From Candidatus Nealsonbacteria bacterium (GTDB lineage Bacteria; Patescibacteriota; Minisyncoccia; Minisyncoccales; MHMH01): a stretch of 64,000 nt of DNA. Shown here piece by piece: positions 6,666-16,766 of the stretch (positions are counted from its first letter, which is position 1; each line of letters starts with the position of its first letter). The translations under genes and the position numbers were made by a program. Below the pieces are notes generated by a model. That model did not search any database, was not told the DNA's origin, and saw only the letters and a list, made by a program, of their open reading frames with translations. The stretch spans positions 179,317 to 243,316 of the forward strand of contig JACPGX010000005.1 in NCBI GenBank assembly GCA_016188865.1, in the 5' to 3' direction.

Positions 6666-7892
6666 ATGGCGCACTCTATTAGAAAATTTCTCTTAGTCAT
6701 TTTTTTTGTTTTAATTCTTTCTCTTGTTTTTGGAATAGGATTTTATTTTGGCAAAAGTCAAATTCCTGTTACAGCTCCCGATGGCATACTCAATGAAGAT
6801 TTTGGCAAACCAGAAAGGCTTGACTTTTCGTTATTTTGGGAAGCGTGGCGCAAGCTTGAAGAAAAATATGTTGATTCTTCAGAGATTGATTATAAAAAAA
6901 TGCTCTATGGGGCCATATCCGGGCTGACTGCTTCATTAAAAGACGATTACACTTTATTTTTTCCACCGGCAGAAACAAAAATTTTCAAAGAAGATGTTTC
7001 CGGAGAGTTTCAGGGCGTAGGCATGGAAATAGGCATAAAGGATAGAGTATTAACAATTATTGCTCCGCTAGAAGGGACGCCGGCAGAAAGAGCTGGTTTG
7101 AAACCCGGAGATAAAATTATAAAAATCGACGGCAAAAATACTACCGGCATGTCTACCGAAGAAGCTGTAAAATTAATTCGAGGGCCCAAAGGCAAGGAAG
7201 TTAATTTAACGATTTTGAGAGACGGCTGGGATGAAGTAAAGGATTTTAAAATTATTAGGGATGTTATTGAAGTGCCTTCATTAAAATTGGAAATTAAAGA
7301 TGGACCCGAAATCGGATACCCCATTGCTTATATCAAACTGTATCAATTTTCCGAAGCGGCCCGTTATGCATTTAACAAAGCTAGTTTGGAGATTTTAAGG
7401 AGTCCCTCTCAAAAAATAATTTTAGATTTAAGAAATAATCCCGGAGGCTATTTAGAAGTGGCGCAAGATATTGCCGGTTGGTTTTTAAAAGAAGGCCAAA
7501 TTGTTACTATTGAAGATTTCGGAGGCAAAGAGCCGAATGAGGAATATAAGGCGGGGGGGCCGGCTGATTTATTTTCTTATCCTGTTGTGGTTTTAATAAA
7601 TAAAGGGTCGGCTTCTGCTTCAGAAATTTTAGCCGGCGCTTTGCGCGATAATCGCGGCATAAAATTAATTGGAGAAAAATCATTCGGCAAGGGTTCTGTC
7701 CAGGAATTATTAGAATTAAAAGAGGGTTCTCTGAAGGTAACTGTTGCCAGATGGCTGACCCCGAATGGTTCGGCAATTAATGGCGAAGGTTTGATTCCCG
7801 ATATTGAGGTAAAAATGACAGACGAAGATTTTGAAAAAAAGCTGGATCCGCAGCTGGATAAAGCCATTGAAGTAATAAAAGAGATAAGATAA
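6666..7892 (+). CDS. ctpA: Carboxy-terminal processing peptidase (S41 family) with PDZ domain
   Basis: 408 aa. PDZ region (GLKPGDKIIKIDG) and S41 motifs GSASASEILAGAL and GEKSFGKGSVQ. Confidence 0.85.
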   Translation: MAHSIRKFLLVIFFVLILSLVFGIGFYFGKSQIPVTAPDGILNEDFGKPERLDFSLFWEAWRKLEEKYVDSSEIDYKKMLYGAISGLTASLKDDYTLFFPPAETKIFKEDVSGEFQGVGMEIGIKDRVLTIIAPLEGTPAERAGLKPGDKIIKIDGKNTTGMSTEEAVKLIRGPKGKEVNLTILRDGWDEVKDFKIIRDVIEVPSLKLEIKDGPEIGYPIAYIKLYQFSEAARYAFNKASLEILRSPSQKIILDLRNNPGGYLEVAQDIAGWFLKEGQIVTIEDFGGKEPNEEYKAGGPADLFSYPVVVLINKGSASASEILAGALRDNRGIKLIGEKSFGKGSVQELLELKEGSLKVTVARWLTPNGSAINGEGLIPDIEVKMTDEDFEKKLDPQLDKAIEVIKEIR

Positions 7893-7902
7893 AATACAGC
7901 AT

Positions 7903-8349
7903 ATGAAGGTAATTTTGCTCAAAGATGTAGATAAAATCGGGAAAAAATATGAAGTTAAAAATGTCTCCGACGGCCACGCCAGAAATCTTTTGATTCCCAA
8001 GGGCTTGGTAAAACCTGCCACCGACGAGGCTTTGGAATGGCTGGAAATACAAAAAGAAATTTTAAGGAAAAAAGCGGAGGATGATTTGAAAAAAACCGAA
8101 GGAGATGTTTCGGCTATTGACGGCATGGAAGTGGTGATTTTAGTCAAGGTTGGAGATGAGGGCCAATTGTTTGAATCAATAAATTCTCAAAAAATTTCTG
8201 AAAGATTGAAAGAATTGGGTTTTGATATTAAGAAAACTCAAATTACCCTGGAAAATCCGATTAAAGAGATTGGCGAATTCCCGGTAAAACTTCATTTCGA
8301 ACATAATTTAGAAGCCGAAATAAAAGTTATAGTAACTGAAGAGAAATAA
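7903..8349 (+). CDS. rplI: 50S ribosomal protein L9
   Basis: MKVILLKDVDKIGKKYEVKNVSDGHARNLLIPKGL is the bL9 N-terminal signature. Confidence 0.95.
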   Translation: MKVILLKDVDKIGKKYEVKNVSDGHARNLLIPKGLVKPATDEALEWLEIQKEILRKKAEDDLKKTEGDVSAIDGMEVVILVKVGDEGQLFESINSQKISERLKELGFDIKKTQITLENPIKEIGEFPVKLHFEHNLEAEIKVIVTEEK

Positions 8350-9995
8350 TGCCAAAATATATTTTCGTAGCTGGCGGAGTAATGTCGGGCATTGGCAAGG
8401 GCGTGGCTACAGCATCTATTGCTAAAATTCTGCAGAGCAAAGGCTTTAAGGTTACGGCCGTTAAAATCGACCCCTATGTCAATGTTGATGCCGGCACTAT
8501 GAACCCCATAGAGCATGGAGAAGTTTTCGTAACTTCAGATGGAACAGAATGCGACCAAGACGTGGGCAATTATGAAAGATTTATCAATCAGGATTTAACA
8601 ACTAATAATTATATCACAACAGGCCGTGTTTATCAGGCAGTAATAAACCGCGAAAGAAATTTGGAATACTGCGGAAAATGCGTTGAAGTTGTTCCTCATA
8701 TTCCGGAAGAAGTCATTTCAAGAATAAAAAAGGCGGCGAGGCTAGCCCGAGCCGATTTTGTTTTGACTGAAATCGGCGGGACAGTCGGGGAGTATCAGAA
8801 CTCCCTTTTTTTGGAAGCCGCCAGAATGATGAGATTGAATAATCCCAAGGATGTTCTTTTTGTTTTAATAAGTTATTTACCGGTGCCAAGCATTATCGGA
8901 GAAATGAAATCAAAACCCACGCAGCAGGCAGTCAGGTGGCTGAATATGGCAGGCATTCAGCCTGATATTATTATTGCCAGATCGGTTATAGCAATTGACG
9001 GCCCCAGAAAGAAAAAAATATCAATTTTTTGCAATGTTTCTGAAAAGGATGTTATTGCCGCGCCGGATGTAAAATCAATTTATGAAGTTCCCCTTAATTT
9101 TGAAAAAGACAGGCTGGGAGATAGAATTTTAAAAAAGTTTGGCTTGAGGCCGAAAAAAGGAGCCGACTTTAAAGATTGGCATAGGCTGGTAAAAATTTTT
9201 AAGACAGTTAAGAAACCCGTCAAGATTGGCATAGTCGGCAAATATTTTGAAACAGGCAATTTTGTTTTGACCGACTCCTACATTTCCGTTATTGAAGCTG
9301 TAAAGCATGCTGCTTGGTTTTACAAAAGAAAGCCGGAAATCCACTGGCTTTCCTCGGAACAATTCGAGAACGTTTCTCGCCGGAGCGAGAAGCGTTCTCG
9401 CGCAATTAATGAGTTGAAAAATTACGACGGCATTATTGTGCCCGGAGGTTTTGGCAGCAGGGGAGTTGAGGGCAAAATTAAAGCAATCGAATTTTGCCGA
9501 AAGAAAAAGATTCCTTATCTGGGACTATGCTTCGGCTTGCAGTTAGCCGTAATTGAATTTGCCAGAAATGTTTGTAAAATGAAAGGTGCCCATACGACAG
9601 AAATTGCCAAAAATTCAAAATACCCCGTTATAGATGTAATGTCCGAGCAAAAAGTTTTGCTGTCTGAAAAGAAATATGGAGGGACTATGCGTCTGGGAGA
9701 TTATAAATGCCGAATAATGCCCCATACTATTGCCGTTAAAGCTTATGGCGTTACCTCTACTCTTGAGCGCCACCGCCATCGCTACGAGGTAAATAATGAA
9801 TTTAGAGATAAGCTTGAAAAAAAAGGGTTAATTGTGTCAGGTCTTAACCCAGAAAGAAATTTAGTGGAAATTATTGAACTTAAAAACCATCCATTTTTTG
9901 CAGCCTGCCAATTTCATCCCGAATTTAAATCGAGGCCTCTTAGCCCCCACCCCTTATTTAGAGAATTTATTAAAGCAGCTGCTAAACGACGTTAA
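8349..9995 (+). CDS. pyrG: CTP synthase
   Basis: [18 protein letters not shown], the GATase motif LGLCFGLQ, and HPEF. Confidence 0.95.
   Translation: MPKYIFVAGGVMSGIGKGVATASIAKILQSKGFKVTAVKIDPYVNVDAGTMNPIEHGEVFVTSDGTECDQDVGNYERFINQDLTTNNYITTGRVYQAVINRERNLEYCGKCVEVVPHIPEEVISRIKKAARLARADFVLTEIGGTVGEYQNSLFLEAARMMRLNNPKDVLFVLISYLPVPSIIGEMKSKPTQQAVRWLNMAGIQPDIIIARSVIAIDGPRKKKISIFCNVSEKDVIAAPDVKSIYEVPLNFEKDRLGDRILKKFGLRPKKGADFKDWHRLVKIFKTVKKPVKIGIVGKYFETGNFVLTDSYISVIEAVKHAAWFYKRKPEIHWLSSEQFENVSRRSEKRSRAINELKNYDGIIVPGGFGSRGVEGKIKAIEFCRKKKIPYLGLCFGLQLAVIEFARNVCKMKGAHTTEIAKNSKYPVIDVMSEQKVLLSEKKYGGTMRLGDYKCRIMPHTIAVKAYGVTSTLERHRHRYEVNNEFRDKLEKKGLIVSGLNPERNLVEIIELKNHPFFAACQFHPEFKSRPLSPHPLFREFIKAAAKRR
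9365..9400. repeat. Intragenic palindromic element, copy 1 (inside pyrG)
   Basis: CGAGAACGTTTCTCG-CCGGAG-CGAGAAGCGTTCTCG. Encodes [12 protein letters not shown] in the linker before the GATase domain. Confidence 0.8.
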
Positions 9996-10257
9996 CAATT
10001 TTAATCAATCTTTGGGAGTTATCAAAACGTCTTTTGCGTTTTACGGTAAATTTGATTACGCCTTCTTTCATGGCGTAAAGAGTATCGTCGCTTCCGCGCT
10101 TGACGTTTTTGCCGGGAAATAATTTTGTGCCGCGCTGTCTAACGATAATTATTCCGGGTTTTGCCTTCTGGCCTTCAGATAATTTAATTCCCAAATATTT
10201 TGGCTGGGAGTCTCTTCCCAATCTTTTCGTTGAACTTGCGCTTTTAGTTTTTGCCAT
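9982..10257 (-). CDS. rpmA: 50S ribosomal protein L27
   Basis: [39 protein letters not shown] is the bL27 signature. 3' end overlaps pyrG by 14 nt (convergent). Confidence 0.95.
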   Translation of the reverse strand: MAKTKSASSTKRLGRDSQPKYLGIKLSEGQKAKPGIIIVRQRGTKLFPGKNVKRGSDDTLYAMKEGVIKFTVKRKRRFDNSQRLIKIVNVV

Positions 10258-10265
10258 ATGCCATT

Positions 10266-10388
10266 ATGTTAGCAAATATCAAAAACTTTATCAAGTCTCG
10301 TCAAGTCGATATTATACTGGTTATCGGAGTTATTTTAATTTCCCTGCTTTCTTTCGCCATGGGATATATTGCCGGTAAGCTGATTTGA
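10266..10388 (+). CDS. Possible 40-aa single-TM micropeptide
   Basis: ATG 10266 to TGA 10386-10388. MLANIKNFIKSRQVDIILVIGVILISLLSFAMGYIAGKLI. Below the ORF-track cutoff and no clear RBS. Confidence 0.3.
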   Translation: MLANIKNFIKSRQVDIILVIGVILISLLSFAMGYIAGKLI

Positions 10389-10413
10389 CAAATTTGAAAT
10401 TTTGATATATAAT
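10385..10413 (+). promoter_or_regulatory. Consensus sigma70-type promoter
   Basis: TTGACA (10385-10390), 17-nt spacer, TATAAT (10408-10413), upstream of the RNase J-like gene. Confidence 0.7.
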
Positions 10414-10477
10414 TACATAGATTATATAAAAGTTGTTCTTAATATAGGAAATAGGGAAATACGAAAGGAGGTTTTTG

Positions 10478-11815
10478 ATGACTGTAAAAATTACTCCGCT
10501 TGGCGGAGTAGGAGGCGTAGGAAAGAATTCTTTCTTATTTGAAACAGGGAAAACCGGAATCTTAGTTGATTGCGGATTGGATCCGGCGGTTTTTGCGAAA
10601 GGAGATAATTCCATTATTCCTCCGGAAAGACTTGATATTCTTGACGATGCCATGAGGCGCGGAGTGGATATTTATTCTTTGCTAACCCACTATCATTTTG
10701 ACCACATCGGAGCTATAGCAGAACTTTTTGCCCGCGGAATCAAAAATGAACGCATAATAATGTCCTCATGGACATCGAGCTTCTTATATTTGAGGCAAGA
10801 TAGCCTCGGGATTCAATTGGGTGACAACCCACCATGGAAGATTATAAATGAACGGAATCGTTCTCGTGAATCTACATTATCGCTTGGCGATTTCAGGGTT
10901 ACTCCGATTCCGTTGAATCACTCCGCTTACGGAGCTTTCGCTCCATTAATGATCGGCGGAGGCAGAAAGATTCTTCATTTGACTGATTTTAAGTTCTGGG
11001 GATTTCTTAGAACTGTGCGAGATAACGGAATTATGAGAGACGGCAGAGATTGGTTTGAAGATATCTTAAGGAAGGTAAGGGGCAAGAACCCCGTTGACTG
11101 TCTTTTGCTTGATGCTCTCAATTCAGATTTGGCTGGATTTACGCCTCCCGAAGAAGAGGTGGTGAAGAGTCTGGAGGGGATTATTCGGGAAGCGCCGGGC
11201 AGAGTTTTTATATCATGCATTTCCTCAAACCTTCAGAGGATTGAGGAAATCATCAAAATGCTCACGCGGCTTGGCAAAACTTATGCTATGGTGGGCAGCA
11301 GTATGAGGGGTAGTTTTTCCATGCTGAAACGCCGCCTTAATAAAGCCGGCGCCGGTTTCCCGGTACGTGATTACAATGAAGCAGATGTCATTTTTATCAC
11401 AGGTTCGCAAGGCGAAGAAAATGCCGCTATCCAGAAGATGCTGGATGGCGGAGAGGAGAGACTTCCCGAGTTTTTAAGCGATGACTGGTTTGTCTCATCA
11501 AGCCGGGTTATACCGGGCAATGAAGAGCAGGTTAGACGGTCGATTATTGGAATTTCTCGCAGAGTAGCTAAGGTGATTATTCATTTTGGTGAAATAGCGA
11601 AAATCGGCTTGCCCGTTGGCGTGGCAGAGGAGCGCTTTACTCATGTTTCAGGCCATGACCAGCTTGGCGGACTGGGCAAGGTGCTGGAGATTCTTGAACC
11701 AAGACTGGTTGTTCCGATTCATGCCCCCTGGGACAGAGTGGCGATGTTTGAGAAGGCATTCGGGTCGTCGTATAATATCCGGCGGCTCCAAGTAGGCGAA
11801 ACGCTCGAAATTTGA
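10478..11815 (+). CDS. Metallo-beta-lactamase fold hydrolase, RNase J-like
   Basis: HxHxDH motif (THYHFDHIGA). AAAGGAGG Shine-Dalgarno sequence 6 nt upstream of ATG 10478 (the track start 10475 is TTG). Confidence 0.65.
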   Translation: MTVKITPLGGVGGVGKNSFLFETGKTGILVDCGLDPAVFAKGDNSIIPPERLDILDDAMRRGVDIYSLLTHYHFDHIGAIAELFARGIKNERIIMSSWTSSFLYLRQDSLGIQLGDNPPWKIINERNRSRESTLSLGDFRVTPIPLNHSAYGAFAPLMIGGGRKILHLTDFKFWGFLRTVRDNGIMRDGRDWFEDILRKVRGKNPVDCLLLDALNSDLAGFTPPEEEVVKSLEGIIREAPGRVFISCISSNLQRIEEIIKMLTRLGKTYAMVGSSMRGSFSMLKRRLNKAGAGFPVRDYNEADVIFITGSQGEENAAIQKMLDGGEERLPEFLSDDWFVSSSRVIPGNEEQVRRSIIGISRRVAKVIIHFGEIAKIGLPVGVAEERFTHVSGHDQLGGLGKVLEILEPRLVVPIHAPWDRVAMFEKAFGSSYNIRRLQVGETLEI

Positions 11816-11820
11816 ATAAT

Positions 11821-11853
11821 AACGCCGAAGCTTTAGCTTCGGCGTTTTCTGTT
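11821..11853 (+). terminator. Rho-independent terminator
   Basis: AACGCCGAAGC TTTA GCTTCGGCGTT followed by a T-rich tract. Confidence 0.8.
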
Positions 11854-11868
11854 ATATAATAAATATCA

Positions 11869-12837
11869 ATGAGAATAGCTATCATCGGAGCCGGCATTAA
11901 TGGACTTTATTTAGCTTGGAAACTTTCAGAAAAAGGCCACGATGTAACAGTTTTTGAAAAGAGAAATGCAATAGGCAAAGAAGCGTGTTCCGGGCTTTTT
12001 TCTGAAAGAATTTTGGATTTTATTCCTCAAGCTAGAACTTTGGTTGAAAATGAGATAAATTTTGCTTTGATTCATTTTCCCAAGAAAACTATTCGAGTTA
12101 ATTTTGTCCGGAAATTTTTTGTGATGAGCCACGCGGAGTTGGACAGGCTGGTCGCCCAATATACTCTGAGAACCGTTCTCGAGTCTAAAAATGTCTCGAG
12201 AACGGTTCTCGAGACACTAGAGAAAGAGTTTGACAAGATTATCGGCTGCGATGGGGCGCAGTCTGAAGTTAGAAAATATTTAGGATTGCCCGAACCGAAT
12301 TATCGTTTGGGCATTCTAGGGTTTGTTGCTTGCCCTGAGCGAGCGAAGCGAGTCGAATGGGTTGAGACTTGGCCGGTGAAAAATGGTTTTATTTGGAAGA
12401 TTCCCCGAAGAAACGAGCTGGAATACGGAATAATTGCCAATTTAAATGAGGCAAGAAAATTTTTTGATGATTTTTGTCTAAAAAAAAATCTCCAGCTTCA
12501 GAATATAAAATCAGCCTTAATACCGCAAGGGTTTTTAATTCCAAGAAATAATAAAGTCACCCTTTGCGGCGATGCCGCCGGGCTTACTAAGCCTTGGTCT
12601 GGTGGGGGAGTGGTTTGGGGACTGACGGCAGCTGATTTCCTCTTGAAAAATTTCCCGGATTTGCTAAAGTATCGTCAGACAGTGGGGAGATTTTTTCTGC
12701 CCCAGATCGTTCTTTCAAAAATAATTTTAAAGTTCGTCTATTTTCTGGGATTTAATTTCCCATGGGTTTTGTCTAAAAGAATGAAAATGGAGGGGGATTT
12801 TCTGCGATGGAAAAAACTGTTCAGCATCTTGGGATAA
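11869..12837 (+). CDS. FAD-dependent oxidoreductase (geranylgeranyl-reductase-like)
   Basis: N-terminal Rossmann motif MRIAIIGAGINGLYLAWKLSEKGHDVTVFEKR and GDAAG near the C-terminal third. Confidence 0.7.
   Translation: MRIAIIGAGINGLYLAWKLSEKGHDVTVFEKRNAIGKEACSGLFSERILDFIPQARTLVENEINFALIHFPKKTIRVNFVRKFFVMSHAELDRLVAQYTLRTVLESKNVSRTVLETLEKEFDKIIGCDGAQSEVRKYLGLPEPNYRLGILGFVACPERAKRVEWVETWPVKNGFIWKIPRRNELEYGIIANLNEARKFFDDFCLKKNLQLQNIKSALIPQGFLIPRNNKVTLCGDAAGLTKPWSGGGVVWGLTAADFLLKNFPDLLKYRQTVGRFFLPQIVLSKIILKFVYFLGFNFPWVLSKRMKMEGDFLRWKKLFSILG
12168..12213. repeat. Intragenic palindromic element, copy 2 (inside the FAD oxidoreductase gene)
   Basis: GAGAACCGTTCTCGAG (12168-12183), 11-nt spacer, CTCGAGAACGGTTCTC (12195-12210): exact 16-nt inverted repeat. 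Encodes LRTVLESKNVSRTVLE. Confidence 0.85.
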
Positions 12838-13502
12838 TCATGGACGGCAACCGAAGATGGGCTAAAGGTAGGGAACTGCCAAGTTTTGAGGGTCACAAGA
12901 AAGGTGCCAAAAAAGTTAAAGAAGTTGCTAGGTGGTGTGCCAACCGTGGAGTCAAAGTATTAACTTTATACGCTTTTTCTGCTGAAAACTGGGATCGCTC
13001 CGAGGGAGAAGTAAGTTTTTTGATGAAGCTATTCGATTCATATTTAGCTAAAGAAGCTGGGGAGCTGCATAAAGAGGGAGTTAAACTGCGAGTCATTGGC
13101 CAGAAAGAAAGATTGCCCATCCATATGCAGAAAAAAATAAAAGAAGCTGAAGATTTAACTAGGGATAACGACGGCTTGATTTTGATTACGGCCATTTCTT
13201 ACAGCGGAAGGGATGAAATCGTTCAAGCTGCAAACCAGGCTCTAAAACTTTGCCTAAGAGAGGGCCTTCCCGAGATTATCACCGAGGACTTGTTGAGCCG
13301 CTGCTTATATACTGCCGGTTTGCCAGACCCAGATTTAATCATTAGGACTTCTGGCGAAATGAGAACATCCGGTTTTCTAATGTGGCAAGCAACGTATTCC
13401 GAACTTTATTTTGCCGATAAATACTGGCCGGATTTTTCAGAGGAAGATTTAGACGAAGCTTTAGCCGAATATAGCAGACGCCAACGGAGATTCGGCAAAT
13501 AA
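12807..13502 (+). CDS. uppS: Undecaprenyl diphosphate synthase (isoprenyl transferase)
   Basis: GIIMDGNRRWA and RTSGEMRTSGFLMWQ motifs. Overlaps the upstream gene by 31 nt. Confidence 0.95.
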   Translation: MEKTVQHLGIIMDGNRRWAKGRELPSFEGHKKGAKKVKEVARWCANRGVKVLTLYAFSAENWDRSEGEVSFLMKLFDSYLAKEAGELHKEGVKLRVIGQKERLPIHMQKKIKEAEDLTRDNDGLILITAISYSGRDEIVQAANQALKLCLREGLPEIITEDLLSRCLYTAGLPDPDLIIRTSGEMRTSGFLMWQATYSELYFADKYWPDFSEEDLDEALAEYSRRQRRFGK

Positions 13503-13527
13503 CCCTTCGGCGGGCTCAGGGTAAACA

Positions 13528-13562
13528 AAAGCAGCAATCAATCGATTGCTGCTTTATTTTTT
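13528..13562 (+). terminator. Rho-independent terminator after uppS
   Basis: AAAGCAGCAATC AATC GATTGCTGCTTT followed by a T-rich run. Confidence 0.8.
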
Positions 13563-13590
13563 ATTTTTAATATGATATATAAAAAATAGT

Positions 13591-13920
13591 ATGCTGAAAA
13601 ATTTGCTTGTTATTATTGGCTTATCTATTTTTATATTCATTACTGTTTTTGGCGTTGGCAGCATGAGTTATTGTATTTTTGACAGCAATGCTGCTTTTTG
13701 CCACATGAATATTTTGGAACATATCGCTTTATGGCAGGGTATATTTATAGCTTTAGTGGTTTTGTTGCCAATTATATTTTTCTTTGTTGCCACCGTTGTT
13801 TTTTCTTCAGTAAAAGACAATTTTTTAAAGATTTGCCTTAAAGAACATCTTAGCGTTTTCTTTTTTAATTCCATAAAACAAGCTTTATCTCAAGGGATTA
13901 TCAACCCGAAAATTCACTAA
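13591..13920 (+). CDS. Hypothetical membrane protein
   Basis: 109 aa with two or three hydrophobic helices. Confidence 0.5.
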   Translation: MLKNLLVIIGLSIFIFITVFGVGSMSYCIFDSNAAFCHMNILEHIALWQGIFIALVVLLPIIFFFVATVVFSSVKDNFLKICLKEHLSVFFFNSIKQALSQGIINPKIH

Positions 13921-13999
13921 TGTAACCGGTACGACCCGTTACATGAGGAGGATTGACGGGTATTTTTGTTTTGAATTAAAATTAAGTTAATACAAAATA

Positions 14000-14482
14000 A
14001 TGAAAACCATTCTAATCGTTATCGTAATTATCTTGTTTGCGGGAGGAATAATCTGGCTCGTGGCATTCCAGAAAAATATTTTATCTCAAGCCAATCTTAC
14101 TCAAGCTTTAGCCGTGGTGGAATTCGATAAGACAGTTCAAGACTTGGGCAATATGAAAGTATCGGAAGAGCGTACTGCTGAATTTGAGATTCGCAACGCT
14201 GGTTCGCAGCCACTTGTCATGTCTGGCCTACAGACTTCCTGCATGTGCACATTCGGCCAAATAATTATCGGAGAAAACAAAAGTCCGATTTTCGGCATGG
14301 CTATGCACGGCAATCCGAAGTGGCAGGGGAGCTTGGAGCCGGGGCAAACTGCCGTTGCTAAAGTAATCTATCGTCCTTATTTAATGCCGGTGCAGGGGCC
14401 GGTTGAGCGAATTTTCACTTTTGAAACGAATGATCCACTTAATCAGAAAGTTAATCTTGTAATTAAGGCATTTGTTGAATAA
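14000..14482 (+). CDS. DUF1573-like secreted/anchored protein
   Basis: N-terminal anchor, then the pattern FEIRNAGSQPLVMSGLQTSCMCT characteristic of DUF1573. Confidence 0.6.
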   Translation: MKTILIVIVIILFAGGIIWLVAFQKNILSQANLTQALAVVEFDKTVQDLGNMKVSEERTAEFEIRNAGSQPLVMSGLQTSCMCTFGQIIIGENKSPIFGMAMHGNPKWQGSLEPGQTAVAKVIYRPYLMPVQGPVERIFTFETNDPLNQKVNLVIKAFVE

Positions 14483-14484
14483 TT

Positions 14485-15321
14485 ATGGGAACAGAACAAG
14501 TTCTTTTTGGCGCCTCGGTAATTGTGGCATTCTTGAGCGGCATAGTTGCCCTCTTCGCTCCCTGCTGTATTACTTTTTTGCTGCCAGCTTACATCGGACA
14601 GATTCTCCGCGCTAGAGTAAAAATTCTTTTGGGAACAGTTATTTTTGGACTTGGGATAGCTACCATAATGCTCCCCATTGCTTTAGGTTTTCGGACTCTT
14701 GTCAATATATTTTCAGAATTCCACACCGCAACTTACGTTGTCGGCGGCTTGATGATGATATTTTTCGGAGTTTGGACATTGCTCGGCAAAAAAATGAATC
14801 TTCCATTGAACCATTCATCTAGGTTATCTGGCAAAATTGACAAGGGATCGCTTTACACTCTAGGGATTTTCAGCGGAATTACCAGCGCTTGCTGCGCGCC
14901 TGTTTTAGCCGGCGCTTTAATGCTGGCTGGATTTTCGGCAACGCTTTTAAAAACGATTGCTGTGGGATTTTCCTATGTTGCCGGCATGGTTTTTCCTCTT
15001 TTTGTCGGAGCTCTTCTTTGGGAATCAAATCCGTTAATGCCCGTGCGCTCATTTTTGGCAAAATCTATCAAACCGGACATACAATTGGGAAATTTAATAT
15101 CGGGAATTGCTTTTACGGCTTTCGGTTTGCTGCTGGCAATATTAGCTTTAACGGGAAAAATTGCTATGCCCGAAGGCGGCAGCCGCACAGGCGCAGCGAT
15201 AGGCAGCATTGTTATAAAAATTGGAGGATTTCTGAAAAATTATGGTTTTGTTGAGTACGCATTTCTTGCAATACTTATTGTTGTTGCTATTCTTCTTGTC
15301 AGAAAATTAAAACGGAGTTAA
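14485..15321 (+). CDS. CcdA/DsbD-like polytopic membrane protein (thiol-disulfide transfer family)
   Basis: 278 aa, about 6-8 TM segments, paired cysteines in TM segments (LFAPCCITFLLPAY, ITSACCAPVLAG). Confidence 0.5.
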   Translation: MGTEQVLFGASVIVAFLSGIVALFAPCCITFLLPAYIGQILRARVKILLGTVIFGLGIATIMLPIALGFRTLVNIFSEFHTATYVVGGLMMIFFGVWTLLGKKMNLPLNHSSRLSGKIDKGSLYTLGIFSGITSACCAPVLAGALMLAGFSATLLKTIAVGFSYVAGMVFPLFVGALLWESNPLMPVRSFLAKSIKPDIQLGNLISGIAFTAFGLLLAILALTGKIAMPEGGSRTGAAIGSIVIKIGGFLKNYGFVEYAFLAILIVVAILLVRKLKRS

Positions 15322-15330
15322 AATTGAAAT

Positions 15331-16743
15331 ATGGAAAAATTGTTATTCGTGTTCAAAAAAGTATTTAGCGATGCCGTTTATACAGCCATTGCCTTGAGCG
15401 TTGCCATTAATGCGCTTTTGATTCAGTATTTTATTTTTCTAAAGAGTACCACTTTGGCCGTATTTTTGCAGTCGAATATTGTTACATATAATATTCTTTC
15501 CATCAGTTCGGCTATATTGATTAGTATTTTAATCGGAGCGGCTGTCAGTTTTTTAGTCTATCATCTTAAATTAAGGCAGGCCTCTAAGGCAGGCGCAGGA
15601 AGGAGCATTCTTGGAGGAATATTCGGCGCAATGTCTACAGGATGTCCGGTTTGTGGAACTTGGGTTTTGTCTATCTTGGGAATCGGCGGCGGATTAGCAG
15701 CATTTCCCTTTCAGGGTCTGGAGTTAAAAGGCTTGGGTTTGTTTTTTGTAGGATGGTCTGTGTATTCAAGCGCTAGCGCTATTTACAATTATGAAAAGGC
15801 ACTTTGCGGCTGTTCTGCCGTGAAAGCATGGCGTAAAAATTTGCCTTTTTTTGCCGGCATGTTTGCTATTTTTCTGGTTTTAAGCTTGCCGATTTTTGCG
15901 GTAAAATATAATTTTAGATTTTTTTTCCAGCCGGAAAAAGAACATTTTCACGCCAGCGTCGGCAGTTCTCTTACCGACGCCTTGCTCCCGGAGAAAGGAT
16001 ATACGGTTAATGCTGTTTATGGCAATATCGGGCCCGAAATGATTAAGGCCGGAGTAATTGATTTGGAAAAATTTAAATCAGTTTATGAAAATTCTGGCTA
16101 TCCTTTAACCGAGGAACAGCTTAATATTTTAACCAAAGGTTCTAATGAAAAAATAACAATTAACCAAGAGAACTCTTATTTTCTGCTTAATTTCTTCTGG
16201 GCTTTCGGATTGATAAATAAAAATCCCATTTTGGATGAGGGGCCATTAATGAAATACGACGGATTGACCGGCGCAGGAAGATTCGCTTCTACCGGCGGTT
16301 GGACTTTGGCTAAATCGGGAGCAATGGATTATTATTCTAAAGAAGCTGTTTTGGCCTTAAGCCAAGAGCAGCAAAAAGAATTGGAAGATTTTGCCAATAA
16401 TTCCTATCGGCCCTGCTGCAATAATTCCGTTGCTTTTTCCGATTGCAATCATGGCATGGCTCTTCTGGGCCTGGGGCAGGTTATGGCCTCACAGGGTGCT
16501 ACTGCCCAAGAGATGTTTGAAGCTGGAAAATATTTCAATTCTTTTTGGTTTCCCCAGCAATACTTTGAACTGGCAGCATATTTTAAGGCAAATGAAGGTA
16601 AGGATTGGCAAAAAGTCGATGCTAGGACTATTATGAGTAAAGATTATTCTTCAGCTTCGGGCTGGTCGCGCGTTCACAGCTGGCTGCAGTCAAACGGCCT
16701 TTTGGAGCAGGCTCCGTCTAGCGGCGGCGGCTGCGGAGTATGA
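15331..16743 (+). CDS. Hypothetical Cys-rich membrane protein (CPVC motif) with large extracytoplasmic domain
   Basis: 470 aa. TM region with STGCPVCG. C-terminal domain with RPCCNNSVAFSDCNHG. Ends in SSGGGCGV. Confidence 0.6.
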   Translation: MEKLLFVFKKVFSDAVYTAIALSVAINALLIQYFIFLKSTTLAVFLQSNIVTYNILSISSAILISILIGAAVSFLVYHLKLRQASKAGAGRSILGGIFGAMSTGCPVCGTWVLSILGIGGGLAAFPFQGLELKGLGLFFVGWSVYSSASAIYNYEKALCGCSAVKAWRKNLPFFAGMFAIFLVLSLPIFAVKYNFRFFFQPEKEHFHASVGSSLTDALLPEKGYTVNAVYGNIGPEMIKAGVIDLEKFKSVYENSGYPLTEEQLNILTKGSNEKITINQENSYFLLNFFWAFGLINKNPILDEGPLMKYDGLTGAGRFASTGGWTLAKSGAMDYYSKEAVLALSQEQQKELEDFANNSYRPCCNNSVAFSDCNHGMALLGLGQVMASQGATAQEMFEAGKYFNSFWFPQQYFELAAYFKANEGKDWQKVDARTIMSKDYSSASGWSRVHSWLQSNGLLEQAPSSGGGCGV

Positions 16744-16766
16744 AAATAAACGGCGGCCGAATGTCT

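Noticed and set aside
10330-10653. 107-aa minus-strand ORF
   Set aside because: It overlaps a consensus + strand promoter, the Shine-Dalgarno sequence and the 5' end of the RNase J-like gene. The translation is low-complexity and there are no start signals.
12330-12362. GAGCGAGCGAAGCGAGTCGA inside the FAD oxidoreductase gene as another repeat family
   Set aside because: It occurs only once in the window. The weak similarity to GCGAGCGAGCC at about 31690 is too short to support a family.
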